DNA of 37,933 bases from an uncultured Propionivibrio sp. (GCA_964531885.1 CAZHFS010000001.1:1-37933); one strand, 5' to 3'; positions 18,659 to 28,935 are shown, counted from the first letter of the stretch. The notes: generated by a model from the letters alone, not told the origin. Numbers and translations: made by a program.

Positions 18659-20674
18659 TCAGACTCTGAAGCCCCGCACTTCCTCATCGAGCAAACTGGC
18701 CAGCCGATGGAGGCGCCGTGCCGTATCCAGACTGCCCTGCACCGCTGCATTGTTTTCCTCGGCCATTTGGGCAATACGCTCGACATGCCGTGCCAACTCC
18801 GTACTCGCCGCACTCTGTTCGCGCAGGGAGGCTGAAATTCCCGAAACCGCTTCGCGCACCTGTCGCGACCGCGCCCGGATCTCGCCGATCGAACGTCCGG
18901 CCAGCTCCGCCTGGGCGACGCCTCCTGCCACCCGTGCGACCCCGGCCTGCATGCCGCTCACCGAAGCCGCTGTACCAGACTGAACCGCAGCAATCATCGC
19001 CGAGATTTCGTGCGCCGATTGCGCGGTACGTTCCGAGAGCTTGCGTACTTCGTCGGCCACCACGGCGAATCCCCGGCCGGCCTCGCCCGCCCGCGCCGCT
19101 TCAATGGCCGCATTGAGCGCCAACAAGTTCGTCTGCCCAGCCACATCCTGGATTGCCGCAACGATCGCCGAAATACGCTCCGACTCGCGGCCGAGCTCCT
19201 CGACCGTTGCTGCCGCCTCGTTGACTGATTGCGCGACACCCCGAATCTCGTTGACCACGCCATCGACCACCTCGCCGCCCTGACTGGCGAGTTGCGCAGA
19301 ATCATCGCTCAGTGATTCAACGTCACGCGCATTCTGGGCAATGGCGTCAACACCCACAGTCATTTCCTGGACCGATGCTGCCATGCCCGTCGCCGCATCG
19401 CTTTGCTGGATCGAAGCCTGGCCAATCGCCTCGCTATTCGTCGCCAGTTCGTCAGCCGAACGGCGCAAGTCATCGACATCCGCCTTGACCCGCGCTAACA
19501 AGGACCGCAAAGACTGGGCCATGGCATTGAAATCCTGCCCGGCATGATGCAACTCATCACGGCCTGGCGTCACGAATGCCACAGTCAGATCGCCTTCGGC
19601 CATCCGCCGCGCCCCCTCCTGAAAAATGTGCACGCTTTCGCGTACCGAAAGCGCCGTCCCGGCAAGCAGGTAAGCCACCAACAGCATGACGGTCGCCGCC
19701 AGGCTACCAAGCCCGACCAACCGCCAACGATCCGATGCGAGGCGCGATTGCAGACGGATTTCAAGCTGCGGCAAAAGCGACTCGAAGATGATTTTGTACC
19801 CTTGGTCGAGCAAGGCTGTGGTCAAGGCAAAATACGCGTCGGGAGAAATTGAGAAACGCTCTCCGAGGACCTCCTCCCGCACCACGGAAAACACCTTGTG
19901 CGTGCTGGCCGTAAACCCCCCGCCTCCAGACTGCAATGCCGCCTTGAGCACCGGGTCGGCCTGTCCGATTTTTTCAAGATTGATGTTTTGCCCCCGCAAC
20001 GCGCCCTCCATCAAGGCCAGGCTGGAGATCAGGTCAATTCTCAGCTCCGGCAAAAGTGCCTTGCGCGCCAGCACCCCCGTTCCCCGCGCCCGAGTCAGCC
20101 CCAGATATTCAAGCAGTTGGGGCATTTTCGAGACGATCGTATCGACCATGTAGTAGGCCGCCAGATCCGACTCCAGCGTCAGCCCGCTGTGGTCGCCAAT
20201 CTCGACCAGAAACAGGATCATCTGGTCAATCATTTCACTGTGCCGCCGGATGCTCTCGGCTGGCGTCCAGGCCAGCCCACCGCGCGCAATCGCCTGCCAC
20301 GACTCACGGATACGCTGCCACTCCGGCCGCACCCGCAAAACTTGCGGAAGGACTGCCTCAGCCGCGGCAAAAGCCTCTTCCACTTGTTTTTCCTTGGCGG
20401 AACGCGGCTCACGCATGGCGGCATTTCCGTTCAGCACCCCCGAGGACAGGCCCCGATGCTGTTGAGTGAACTCGATTACCCGATGCACCTTGCCCAGCAC
20501 ACGCAAACCATCCAGCCCATTCTCGGTAAGCCGCATGGTATTGCGCAGATCGGACAACAACACCAGCACCAGAACCAGGATGACCACCAGCGACAGGCCG
20601 CCGATCAGGACAAACTTGGCCCCGTAACGCAATTGCCCCATGAGGCACATCGCAGGATAAAACACTCGGCGCAT
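18659..20674 (-). CDS. Methyl-accepting chemotaxis protein with NIT-like sensor domain
   Basis: Two TMs, HAMP (GRDELHH), signalling hairpin [33 protein letters not shown]; sensor QQHRGLSSG...EYLGLTRA. Confidence 0.92.
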   Translation of the reverse strand: MRRVFYPAMCLMGQLRYGAKFVLIGGLSLVVILVLVLVLLSDLRNTMRLTENGLDGLRVLGKVHRVIEFTQQHRGLSSGVLNGNAAMREPRSAKEKQVEEAFAAAEAVLPQVLRVRPEWQRIRESWQAIARGGLAWTPAESIRRHSEMIDQMILFLVEIGDHSGLTLESDLAAYYMVDTIVSKMPQLLEYLGLTRARGTGVLARKALLPELRIDLISSLALMEGALRGQNINLEKIGQADPVLKAALQSGGGGFTASTHKVFSVVREEVLGERFSISPDAYFALTTALLDQGYKIIFESLLPQLEIRLQSRLASDRWRLVGLGSLAATVMLLVAYLLAGTALSVRESVHIFQEGARRMAEGDLTVAFVTPGRDELHHAGQDFNAMAQSLRSLLARVKADVDDLRRSADELATNSEAIGQASIQQSDAATGMAASVQEMTVGVDAIAQNARDVESLSDDSAQLASQGGEVVDGVVNEIRGVAQSVNEAAATVEELGRESERISAIVAAIQDVAGQTNLLALNAAIEAARAGEAGRGFAVVADEVRKLSERTAQSAHEISAMIAAVQSGTAASVSGMQAGVARVAGGVAQAELAGRSIGEIRARSRQVREAVSGISASLREQSAASTELARHVERIAQMAEENNAAVQGSLDTARRLHRLASLLDEEVRGFRV

Positions 20675-20803
20675 GATTCCTCCTTCGGAGGCTGATTGAT
20701 ATGATCCGACCTGACGCCCGACTGCGTTATTTCCCGTGTTCGAACAGGAAGAAAGATCGAATCTAGACTCCGACCATCAGCGTCGCAACCCGTATTTTTC
20801 CGG

Positions 20804-22591
20804 ATGACCGCCATGCCGCAACCCACTGTTTTCTACCGTCTGCATCCTGCCGACCCGGCCGCGCACCATTTCGAAGTCAGTTGCACGGTAACTTCTCCTG
20901 CACCGCAAGGACAGCGCTTCGCCTTGCCGGCCTGGATTCCCGGCAGTTACCTGGTGCGCGAATTCGCCAAGCACATCGTTTCCATCCGTGCCGAAGCCGG
21001 CGGCAAAGCCGTTCGCCTGAAAAAACTAGACAAACACACCTGGCAGGCCGCCCCTGTCAAAGGCAGCGAGCCGCTGACCATCACGATGACCGTGTATGCC
21101 TGGGATCTCTCGGTCCGCGGAGCGCATCTCGACACCACGCACGGTTTCTTTAACGGAACCAGCGTCTTCCTGCGCGTGCTCGGCCAGGAAGATTCACCGT
21201 GCCTCGTACACATTGCCCCGCCGAGCGGCACCGCATACAAGCATTGGCGCCTCGCGACCTCGCTCCCTCCTGCACGTGGTGAGCGAGGTGCCGCCAAACC
21301 CCTTGGTTTTGGCCTTTTCCAGGCTGCCAACTACGACGAACTCATCGACCACCCCGTCGAAATGGGGTCGTTCACACACTTCAGCTTTGAAGCCGGCGGA
21401 GTGCCTCATGAAGTCGCGATCACCGGGCGCCACGATTGCGACACAGAGCGCCTGGCCGCCGATCTCGCAAAAATCTGCACGGCGCAGATCGATTTCTTTG
21501 CCCGCCCGGCACCGATGACACGTTATGTATTCCTCGTCACCGCCGTCGGCGATGCCTATGGCGGCCTGGAGCACCGCGCATCAACGGCGCTGATCTGCAA
21601 ACGAGCGGATCTGCCCAAACCCGGACAAACGACAATCAGCGAGGGATACCGGCGCTTTCTCGGCCTCTGCAGCCACGAGTATTTCCACACCTGGAACGTC
21701 AAGCGCATCAAGCCTGCGGCTTTCATCCCCTATGACCTTGAGCGTGAAAACTACACGTCCCTATTGTGGGCTTTCGAAGGATTCACTTCCTACTACGACG
21801 ATCTTTTCCTACTCCGCAGCGGAGTGATCGATCGCGCCAGCTGGCTGGAACTCATCGGCGAAACGCTCACCAACGTCCGCAAGACGCCCGGCCGTCAGGT
21901 GCAAAGTCTCTCCGAATCGAGTTTCGATGCCTGGATCAAGTACTACAGGCAAGACGAGAACACCCCGAACGCCGTGATCAGCTATTACACCAAAGGCGCT
22001 CTGTTCGGCCTGGCTCTCGATCTCACCCTGAGAGCCGGCGGCAAAGCCACGCTCGACGCGGTAATGCAGGCATTGTGGCAGCGCCACGGGCTGACTGGCC
22101 TTGGCGTCGGCGATGAAGACATCCGGCGGATCGCCGAGGAGCTTTCCGGCCTCTCGCTCAAGCGGTTCTTTGCCGACTACACCGACGGCACCCGCGAACT
22201 GCCGCTCGAACGCCTGCTCGCCACGGCTGGCCTACGCCTCGAATGGATCCCCGACCCCAAGGCCAAGCATGGCGTCGATCTCGGCATCCGCACCCGGGTT
22301 GAAAACAACGAAGTCGTCCTCGCCGCCGTTCACCCTGGCGGAGCAGCGCATGCCGCCGGACTCTCGGCCGGGGACACACTCGTCGCTCTCGACGGCCTGC
22401 GCATCACCCCAGCGACTTTCGACGCCTTGCTGGCGCGCCAGCGGCCCGGCAACACGGTTGGAGTGCACGCTTTCCGCCGTGACGAGTTGCTTCAGACCAC
22501 GGTTACGCTTGCCCCGCCTGTGGCCGACACGGCACGTCTGACGCCGGCCAGCAAACCCAACGCCCTGCGCCGCGCCTGGCTGGGTAGCTGA
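20804..22591 (+). CDS. M61 glycyl aminopeptidase family protein with C-terminal PDZ
   Basis: LPAWIPGSY, GGLEH, SHEYFHTWNVKR (HExxH), EGFTSYY, SYYTKG, PDZ GLSAGDTLVALDG. Confidence 0.92.
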   Translation: MTAMPQPTVFYRLHPADPAAHHFEVSCTVTSPAPQGQRFALPAWIPGSYLVREFAKHIVSIRAEAGGKAVRLKKLDKHTWQAAPVKGSEPLTITMTVYAWDLSVRGAHLDTTHGFFNGTSVFLRVLGQEDSPCLVHIAPPSGTAYKHWRLATSLPPARGERGAAKPLGFGLFQAANYDELIDHPVEMGSFTHFSFEAGGVPHEVAITGRHDCDTERLAADLAKICTAQIDFFARPAPMTRYVFLVTAVGDAYGGLEHRASTALICKRADLPKPGQTTISEGYRRFLGLCSHEYFHTWNVKRIKPAAFIPYDLERENYTSLLWAFEGFTSYYDDLFLLRSGVIDRASWLELIGETLTNVRKTPGRQVQSLSESSFDAWIKYYRQDENTPNAVISYYTKGALFGLALDLTLRAGGKATLDAVMQALWQRHGLTGLGVGDEDIRRIAEELSGLSLKRFFADYTDGTRELPLERLLATAGLRLEWIPDPKAKHGVDLGIRTRVENNEVVLAAVHPGGAAHAAGLSAGDTLVALDGLRITPATFDALLARQRPGNTVGVHAFRRDELLQTTVTLAPPVADTARLTPASKPNALRRAWLGS

Positions 22592-22594
22592 CGT

Positions 22595-23926
22595 TCAGTC
22601 CGCTCGCTGCGCCACGCGCCAGAGCAGGCCGCCCAGCAACACGGCAGCCAGCACCAGGCCGCTCAACGCGGCGAGCCAGAAGCCCGCCAGACCGAGTGGC
22701 GTCGCCGCACGAAAAGCCAGCCACCAGCCGCCGAAAAGGCCAACGCCCCAGAAGCAAACGATGTGCACCAGCATCGGAACAAACGTAACCCGATAGCCGC
22801 GCAAGGCGAACGCTGCAACCGTCTGCACGGCATCGAAAAGCTGGTAGAGCGCCAGGTAGACGATCAGCGAAACGGCCACGGCGCACACAGCCGGGTCATT
22901 GCTGTAGGCCGAGACAACCGGCACTTTGCCCAGCCAGAGCAGAGCCCCCATCAGGGTCGACAAGCCGCCGGCCAGCACACAGCCAGCCAAGGCAGACGTC
23001 CGCGCCCGTAGCGCATCCCCTGCGCCAGCGGCAATCCCGACCTGAGACAATGTTGCCATTGCCAATGCCAGCGGCAGCATGTAGCACAGCGCTGCCAGGT
23101 TGGCCACAATGCGATGGCCAGACACGGCCACGCTGCCAAGCTCGGCGGCCAAAAGGGCAACCAGCGTGAAACTCGACACCTCGACAAAATAGGACATCCC
23201 CATCGGAATGCCGAGACGCAGCAATTCTCGCTGCACTGCCAGGCGCGGGGGCACCCAGTCGCGTAACAGACGATAGCCCGAAAATTTCGGGCTCACGCGA
23301 AGATAAGCCAAGCCGCAGGCAAGCACGAACCAGTTCACCGCCGCGTTGGACAACGCACAGCCCACCCCGCCCAGCGCCGGCAAGCCGGCCCGCCCCCCCA
23401 CCAGCAACCAGGCCAGCAGGCCGTGCAGCACTGTCCCGGCCAAGGCGATCCGCATCAATACGCGCGGCTCGCCAAGGGCACTGCAGAAGGCATAAATCGC
23501 CCGGTAAAAGAGCGCCGCCGGCACACCCCAGGCCAACACCCCCAGATAGGCCAGCACCTTGGCTTCGACTGTTGGTGACATCGTCGTAAGCGCAAAGAAG
23601 GCTTGCGGATGCCCGATCATCCAGACGCAGGGAACGGACAGACCTGCTGCCAGCCAGAAACTCTGCGACAGCGCCTCGCCAATCTCCGCCTCGCGTGCTG
23701 CCCCCTTGTAATGCGCCACGACCGGCGCCACCGCCTGCACCACGCCGACCAAAGCGAACAACACGGCAATGTAAATGCCGCTGCCGATGGCCACCGCCGC
23801 CAGATCCTCGGTACTGTAATGGCCGAGCAGCATCGTATCGATGATCATCATCCCCATCGACGACACCTGCGCCACCAGCATCGGCAAGGCCAGGGATAGT
23901 ATCTGGCGAAGTTGGGCAAAAAACAT
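22595..23926 (-). CDS. MATE family efflux transporter (NorM-like)
   Basis: LALPM, DTMLLGH, LAAVAIG, LGIPMG, FDAVQ...ALRGY; about 12 TMs. Start MFFAQ at 23926. Confidence 0.92.
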   Translation of the reverse strand: MFFAQLRQILSLALPMLVAQVSSMGMMIIDTMLLGHYSTEDLAAVAIGSGIYIAVLFALVGVVQAVAPVVAHYKGAAREAEIGEALSQSFWLAAGLSVPCVWMIGHPQAFFALTTMSPTVEAKVLAYLGVLAWGVPAALFYRAIYAFCSALGEPRVLMRIALAGTVLHGLLAWLLVGGRAGLPALGGVGCALSNAAVNWFVLACGLAYLRVSPKFSGYRLLRDWVPPRLAVQRELLRLGIPMGMSYFVEVSSFTLVALLAAELGSVAVSGHRIVANLAALCYMLPLALAMATLSQVGIAAGAGDALRARTSALAGCVLAGGLSTLMGALLWLGKVPVVSAYSNDPAVCAVAVSLIVYLALYQLFDAVQTVAAFALRGYRVTFVPMLVHIVCFWGVGLFGGWWLAFRAATPLGLAGFWLAALSGLVLAAVLLGGLLWRVAQRAD

Positions 23927-24216
23927 TGGCGAGATAAAGAAAAAAATCGGGCCGCATTCGCCCGGAAGAACCGTCAGGCTAGCCGATTTGCACCGGCGGC
24001 GTGAACCCCCTGCCATGCCGGAGGACTACGCCTGCATTACCTCAGCATAACACCGACATCACAGTCGGTTACAGAATCGGCGCAAACACCGCACAGACAC
24101 GGGAAGCGCTCACCCGTAAGATTCAGCCCTCGCTTTCCGGGGTAGCCACAGCTTTTCGGAAGTCAGCCACGACCAAGGCGATCGTCGTCACTCCCGATGG
24201 ACCAACACCAATACCC

Positions 24217-24567
24217 ATGCCCCACCGCTACACCTCTGCCGACTTCAACCTGACCCCGCTGGCTGACCAACGCCTTGGCGGCCGCCTGACCACCAGCATG
24301 CTGCTCATTCTGGTCCCCGTTTTCATCGCCACTGGAGAAGATGCCGGACTGATTGTAGGCGGCGCCCTGTTCTGCCTGGGCTGGCCGGCGTTCATACTGG
24401 TCTGGTCTGATGGCGAGCCCGCCTCGCAACCCAGCACCCGAACATCCCATACGGATGAGACGCCCATCCGCGCACTCCCCTTTGCCATCTCCTGTCCACG
24501 CACCTTACTGCAGGGCATGCGGCGCCTGATCGCCCCAACCCGTCGCCCACGCCTGCTGCCAGCATGA
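24217..24567 (+). CDS. Hypothetical small membrane protein
   Basis: 116 aa from ATG 24217, two hydrophobic segments; fills an otherwise empty region; no family recognised. Confidence 0.4.
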   Translation: MPHRYTSADFNLTPLADQRLGGRLTTSMLLILVPVFIATGEDAGLIVGGALFCLGWPAFILVWSDGEPASQPSTRTSHTDETPIRALPFAISCPRTLLQGMRRLIAPTRRPRLLPA

Positions 24568-24651
24568 AACCTGGCAGCCTCCCCAGTGCAAACAATTTGG
24601 ACAAAAACAGGATAAGACGTAATCACCGCAACGCGGCGATCCTTGCCTAGG

Positions 24652-24817
24652 GTGCAGGGTCGAGCAACGGCCAACGCGGTCGATTGAGTCATCCGGCCTG
24701 TACCGCCGACCACCACGAACCAGAACAGACAGGCCAAGGGTTTTCGACTGCACAGGGAGCCGCGCGGGCGGGACGCTGCGCCACTTACCACCCACCCCAA
24801 ACGGCTCCCTATTTTTT
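24652..24817 (+). ncRNA. Candidate structured non-coding element
   Basis: Stems 24652-24663/24744-24753, 24695-24701/24729-24735 and 24754-24762/24802-24810, followed by ATTTTTT. Confidence 0.4.
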
Positions 24818-25508
24818 ACACCAGGCGGATCGATAGTTCGCCGACGCCCGCGATGCCACCGCTGAGAACGTCACCACGCACCACGGTCGACACGCCGGCT
24901 GGCGTCCCGGTAAAGATCAGGTCGCCCGGAGCCAGGCGGACATAGGTCGACAGATTGGCAATCACCTCGGCGACTTTCCAGCTCATTTGGTTCAAGTCCC
25001 CCTGTTGGCGGAACTCGCCGTTAACCTTGAGCCAAATGGCCCCCTGAGCGGGATGACCGATTTCAACCGCCGGGCGCAGAGCACTTACGGGAGCCCCTTG
25101 GTCAAACCCCTTGCCCATATCCCAGGGATGCCCCTTCTCCTTGGCTGCGCCCTGCAAATCTCTCCGCGTCATATCAAAGCCGACGGCGTAGCCGAACACA
25201 CAATCTAGCGCATCGCCCACCGAAATGTTTGCCCCGCCGCACCCCAAGGCCACCACCAGTTCAACTTCATGCTGGAGCTTCTGGGTCAGCGAAGGGTAGG
25301 CGACATTGACCGTATCCGCCCCACCCACAACCAAGGCATCGGCAGGCTTGCTAAAGAAAAAGGGCGGCTCGCGTGTATCCGCGCCCATTTCCGCCGCATG
25401 GTCAGCATAGTTTCGGCCAACGCAATAGACACGGCGAACCGGGAACAGAGAGTCATCACCGGACACCGGCAGGGTAACTTGCGGCGCAGGCGGAAAAACG
25501 TAATTCAT
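24816..25508 (-). CDS. Fumarylacetoacetate hydrolase family protein (fumarylpyruvate hydrolase-like)
   Basis: [53 protein letters not shown] before ATG 25508. Confidence 0.92.
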   Translation of the reverse strand: MNYVFPPAPQVTLPVSGDDSLFPVRRVYCVGRNYADHAAEMGADTREPPFFFSKPADALVVGGADTVNVAYPSLTQKLQHEVELVVALGCGGANISVGDALDCVFGYAVGFDMTRRDLQGAAKEKGHPWDMGKGFDQGAPVSALRPAVEIGHPAQGAIWLKVNGEFRQQGDLNQMSWKVAEVIANLSTYVRLAPGDLIFTGTPAGVSTVVRGDVLSGGIAGVGELSIRLV

Positions 25509-25625
25509 GATGTCTCCTAACAACCTGAGGGGTCGGCTCTTTTCCTGACGGCGGCCGGATGCCGGATAGCAGAGATTCTACGGCAGAGCTGGATGGCAGG
25601 CACGGCGCCCCCTCTGATCTGCGCA

Positions 25626-26375
25626 TCACACCGGATTATCGATATCGATGTACTCGCACTCGACTTCGCAATGCGTCGCCAGATGGCTGGCCAGCGCCTG
25701 CACCCCAAAGCGCTCGGTGGCATGATGCCCGGCGGAATAGAACGCCACACCGGTTTCCCGGGCGAGATGCACGTTGTACTCGGATATTTCGCCGGTCACG
25801 AAGGCATCGACCCCCAGCAGGATGGCCTTCTCGAAGTATCCTTGCGCCCCACCGGTACACCAGGCAATGCGCTCAATCGGCCGCCCCATTTCCCCGCCGA
25901 CCAGCAAAGGCTTCCGCCCCAGCCCATCGGCCAGCTGCGCAGCCAGGGCTTCTGACGACACAGGAGTCGGCAGACGGCCATGACAACCGAGGTTGTCATC
26001 ACCAAAGCGCCCCTCTACCGACCAGCCGAAACGCCCAGCCAATCTGGCGTTATTGCCCAACTCGGGATGCCCGTCGAGCGGCAGATGGTAGGCGAACAAA
26101 CTGATGTCATGCTCAAGCAGGGTTTTCAAGCGAGCCTTGCGCACGCCAGTCACCCGACCATCCTCGCCACGCCAGAACCAGCCATGATGAACCAGCAGGG
26201 CGTCAGCGCCCTTGGCCACTGCGGCGTCAAGTAGCGCCTGGCACGCAGACACACCGAACACCACCCGCCGTACCTCGGGGCGTCCTTCCACTTGTAAGCC
26301 GTTTGGGCAATAATCCCGATAGTTCGTGGCGCACAAGAGGTCGTCCAGATAGCGCGCCAAATCATCTCTCTTCAT
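25626..26375 (-). CDS. Nif3-like dinuclear metal centre protein (YbgI family)
   Basis: DYCPNGLQVEG, LVHHG, YHLPLDGHPELGNN, GHHATERFG. True start MKRDDL at 26375 with GGAG RBS. Confidence 0.93.
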   Translation of the reverse strand: MKRDDLARYLDDLLCATNYRDYCPNGLQVEGRPEVRRVVFGVSACQALLDAAVAKGADALLVHHGWFWRGEDGRVTGVRKARLKTLLEHDISLFAYHLPLDGHPELGNNARLAGRFGWSVEGRFGDDNLGCHGRLPTPVSSEALAAQLADGLGRKPLLVGGEMGRPIERIAWCTGGAQGYFEKAILLGVDAFVTGEISEYNVHLARETGVAFYSAGHHATERFGVQALASHLATHCEVECEYIDIDNPV

Positions 26376-26390
26376 TTCTTCTCCGTCGTC

Positions 26391-27554
26391 ATGCGTAGAC
26401 TCTGGCTGATTTTTGCACAAACCGTCACCGTCAGTCTCGCTGTCTTGTTTGTCGTGACTACCGTCAGGCCCGAGTGGTTCGCGCACCGATCCCCCGCTCC
26501 GGTGACCACCCTGCGCGAGATCTCGTCTCCAGGCACCGCCAGCGCGCCTGCCTTCTCTTACCGGGAGGCGGCCCGCAAAGCCCTCCCGTCGGTCGTCCAC
26601 ATTTACACGACGCAGAAAGTCCGCGCGCAGCGCCATCCCCTCTTTGACGACCCGATCTTCCGCCATTTCTTCGGCGAGCGCCCCGAAGCGGAACCACAGC
26701 GCAATGCCGGCCTCGGCTCGGGAGTCATCGTCAGCCCCAACGGCTATGTACTGACCAATTTTCACGTCGTCGAGCGCGCCGACCAGATCGAGGTGGCACT
26801 CAACGATGGGCGCGCCCTGCCAGCCCGCCTCGTGGGCAGCGACCCGGAAACCGACCTAGCCGTATTACAACTCTCCGCCGATAAAGGGACCGAACTCAAG
26901 CTACCGGCCATAACGCTGGGCAGCATGGAAAACGTTGTCGTCGGCGACGTGGTGCTGGCCATAGGCAATCCGTTCGGAGTCGGCCAGACCGTCACCATGG
27001 GGATCGTCTCGGCGCTCGGCCGCTCGCACCTGGGCATCAACACCTTCGAGAATTTCATCCAGACCGATGCGCCAATCAATCCCGGTAATTCCGGGGGAGC
27101 CCTCGTCGACACCGGCGGGCACCTCGTCGGGATCAACACCGCGATCTATTCGCGCTCGGGTGGATCGCTGGGTATCGGCTTTGCCATTCCGGTGTCGACC
27201 GCTCAGCATGTCATGGAGCAGATCATCAAATCAGGATCGGTCACGCGCGGCTGGATCGGCGTGGAAGCCCAGGAAATGACGGTCGAACTTGCCAACTCCT
27301 TCGGGCTCAATGAAGCCTCTGGCGCGATGATCTCGGGAGTGCAACGTGGCAGCCCGGCCGACACGGCGGGGGTCCGGCCCGGCGATATTCTGGTCAGTGT
27401 CGGGGGCAAACCGGTCAAAGACCCGCAGGTCATGCTTGACCTGATCGCGGCGCTCAAACCCGGCGACCAGGTTCCCTTCAAGCTGCTGCGCAAGAAAACG
27501 CCGTACGAGGCCGAGATTCGCATCGGCAAACGCCCCACGCCCCGCACTCGCTAA
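26391..27554 (+). CDS. HtrA/Do-family serine endopeptidase with single PDZ (DegQ/DegS-like)
   Basis: N-terminal TM; catalytic TNFH, ETDLA, INPGNSGG; one PDZ. Confidence 0.94.
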   Translation: MRRLWLIFAQTVTVSLAVLFVVTTVRPEWFAHRSPAPVTTLREISSPGTASAPAFSYREAARKALPSVVHIYTTQKVRAQRHPLFDDPIFRHFFGERPEAEPQRNAGLGSGVIVSPNGYVLTNFHVVERADQIEVALNDGRALPARLVGSDPETDLAVLQLSADKGTELKLPAITLGSMENVVVGDVVLAIGNPFGVGQTVTMGIVSALGRSHLGINTFENFIQTDAPINPGNSGGALVDTGGHLVGINTAIYSRSGGSLGIGFAIPVSTAQHVMEQIIKSGSVTRGWIGVEAQEMTVELANSFGLNEASGAMISGVQRGSPADTAGVRPGDILVSVGGKPVKDPQVMLDLIAALKPGDQVPFKLLRKKTPYEAEIRIGKRPTPRTR

Positions 27555-27608
27555 AGGCCGCACAAGGGGAGATACTGGCGTCAGCCAAATCGCGTATCCC
27601 CCGAGGGA

Positions 27609-28379
27609 TCAAACCGTCAGGTCCGTTACCGAGGAATCGCTTACCTTGCGCCGGACAAAACGCGCCAGGAAAATGCCCAGCTCATAAAGCAGGCACAGGG
27701 GAATTGCCAGCATGAGTTGGGAAATCACATCCGGAGGGGTGAAAATCGCGCCAATGACAAACGCTCCGACGATGACATAGGAGCGGATTTCCTTGAGCTT
27801 GTCGATACCAACCACCCCCATGCTGACCAGCACCACGACAACCACCGGCACCTCGAAGGTAAAGCCGAAGGCCATGAAGGTGCCGAGCACAAAAGACAGG
27901 TATTTTTCGATGTCGGTCATCCACGCCACCCCTTCGGGTGCAATCTTGGCCATGAAACCGAAAACGGTAGGAAAAACCAGGAAATAAGCAAAGGCCATGC
28001 CGACAAAAAACAGAAAGACACTGGCTGCAACAAGCGGCAAAGCCAGCTGTTTTTCATGCGCATATAGCCCTGGCGCCACAAATGCCCAGACCTGGTAGAG
28101 CACATATGGCAGCGTAATCAGGAACGCAACCATGAGCGCCACTTTCATCGGCACTAGGAAGACCCCGACCACATCGGTGGCAATCATCTGCCCCCCCTGG
28201 GGCAGCGAGGCCAGCAAGGGCTGGGCAAGCAGGCTGTAAAGCTCCTTGGCCCAGGGAAAGAGGCAGAGAAAAACAATCAGGATGGCGAGCAGCGCCCGGA
28301 CCAACCGATCCCGCAACTCGACCAGATGCGACATGAAGGTGTCTTCCTGACCTCCGGGAGCCTCATTTGGCGTACTCAT
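27609..28379 (-). CDS. tatC: Twin-arginine translocase TatC
   Basis: SHLVELRDRL, FVAPGLY, FEVP, TPPDVISQ, LYE. Confidence 0.97.
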   Translation of the reverse strand: MSTPNEAPGGQEDTFMSHLVELRDRLVRALLAILIVFLCLFPWAKELYSLLAQPLLASLPQGGQMIATDVVGVFLVPMKVALMVAFLITLPYVLYQVWAFVAPGLYAHEKQLALPLVAASVFLFFVGMAFAYFLVFPTVFGFMAKIAPEGVAWMTDIEKYLSFVLGTFMAFGFTFEVPVVVVVLVSMGVVGIDKLKEIRSYVIVGAFVIGAIFTPPDVISQLMLAIPLCLLYELGIFLARFVRRKVSDSSVTDLTV

Positions 28380-28858
28380 ACCGACACCTTATCCTGGAGC
28401 GGACGCACCGGGGGCTGGGCCGGGGGCAACAACACGCCCGCCTCGGGGCCATCAAGCCCGAGACCTGGCGCAGCCTTATTCTGCGCATCGGGCACACCCG
28501 ACGCGGCGGACTCGGACACAGTTGTTGAGACTTCGCCACTCGGCACGGGAGCCGATTCAACAGCCGCCTGCTGCACAGCCTGCGCTTCCTGCTCGAATGA
28601 TTGCTTGAGCGACTGGGCTTCGTTGCGGATGCTGTTCTCGAAACTGACCGCGGATTCCTGCATCTGCGTCTGAAGTTTTTTCAGTTCCTCGATCTGCATC
28701 TCACGATCGATATCGGCTTTGACGTCATTAACGTAGCGCTGCAGGCGCCCGATCATATGCCCCGCCGTACGTGCGACACGCGGCAGCCTTTCTGGCCCAA
28801 TGACCACGAGCGCCACGATGGCGATGACCAGCAATTCGGAAAACGCGATGTCAAACAT
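28376..28858 (-). CDS. tatB: Twin-arginine translocase TatB
   Basis: MFDIAFSELLVIAIVALVVIGPERLP. Confidence 0.96.
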   Translation of the reverse strand: MFDIAFSELLVIAIVALVVIGPERLPRVARTAGHMIGRLQRYVNDVKADIDREMQIEELKKLQTQMQESAVSFENSIRNEAQSLKQSFEQEAQAVQQAAVESAPVPSGEVSTTVSESAASGVPDAQNKAAPGLGLDGPEAGVLLPPAQPPVRPLQDKVSV

Positions 28859-28869
28859 TGTTTGTGGGC

Positions 28870-28889
28870 AAAAGGGGCTTCACGCCCCT
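28870..28889 (-). terminator. Terminator-like hairpin between tatA and tatB
   Basis: Minus strand reads AGGGGC-gtgaa-GCCCCTTTT. Confidence 0.5.
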
Positions 28890-28935
28890 GCCATGAGATC
28901 GATGCAGATTTGGCACGTGATGCACGCGCCGGCTT

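Noticed and set aside
24621-24640. ATCACCGC half-site resembling lambda operators
   Set aside because: Dyad spacing differs from the 17-bp lambda operator and there are no phage genes in the window.
26376-26765. 130-aa N-terminal extension of the Nif3-like ORF
   Set aside because: Overlaps the protease gene antisense; family similarity and RBS begin at 26375.
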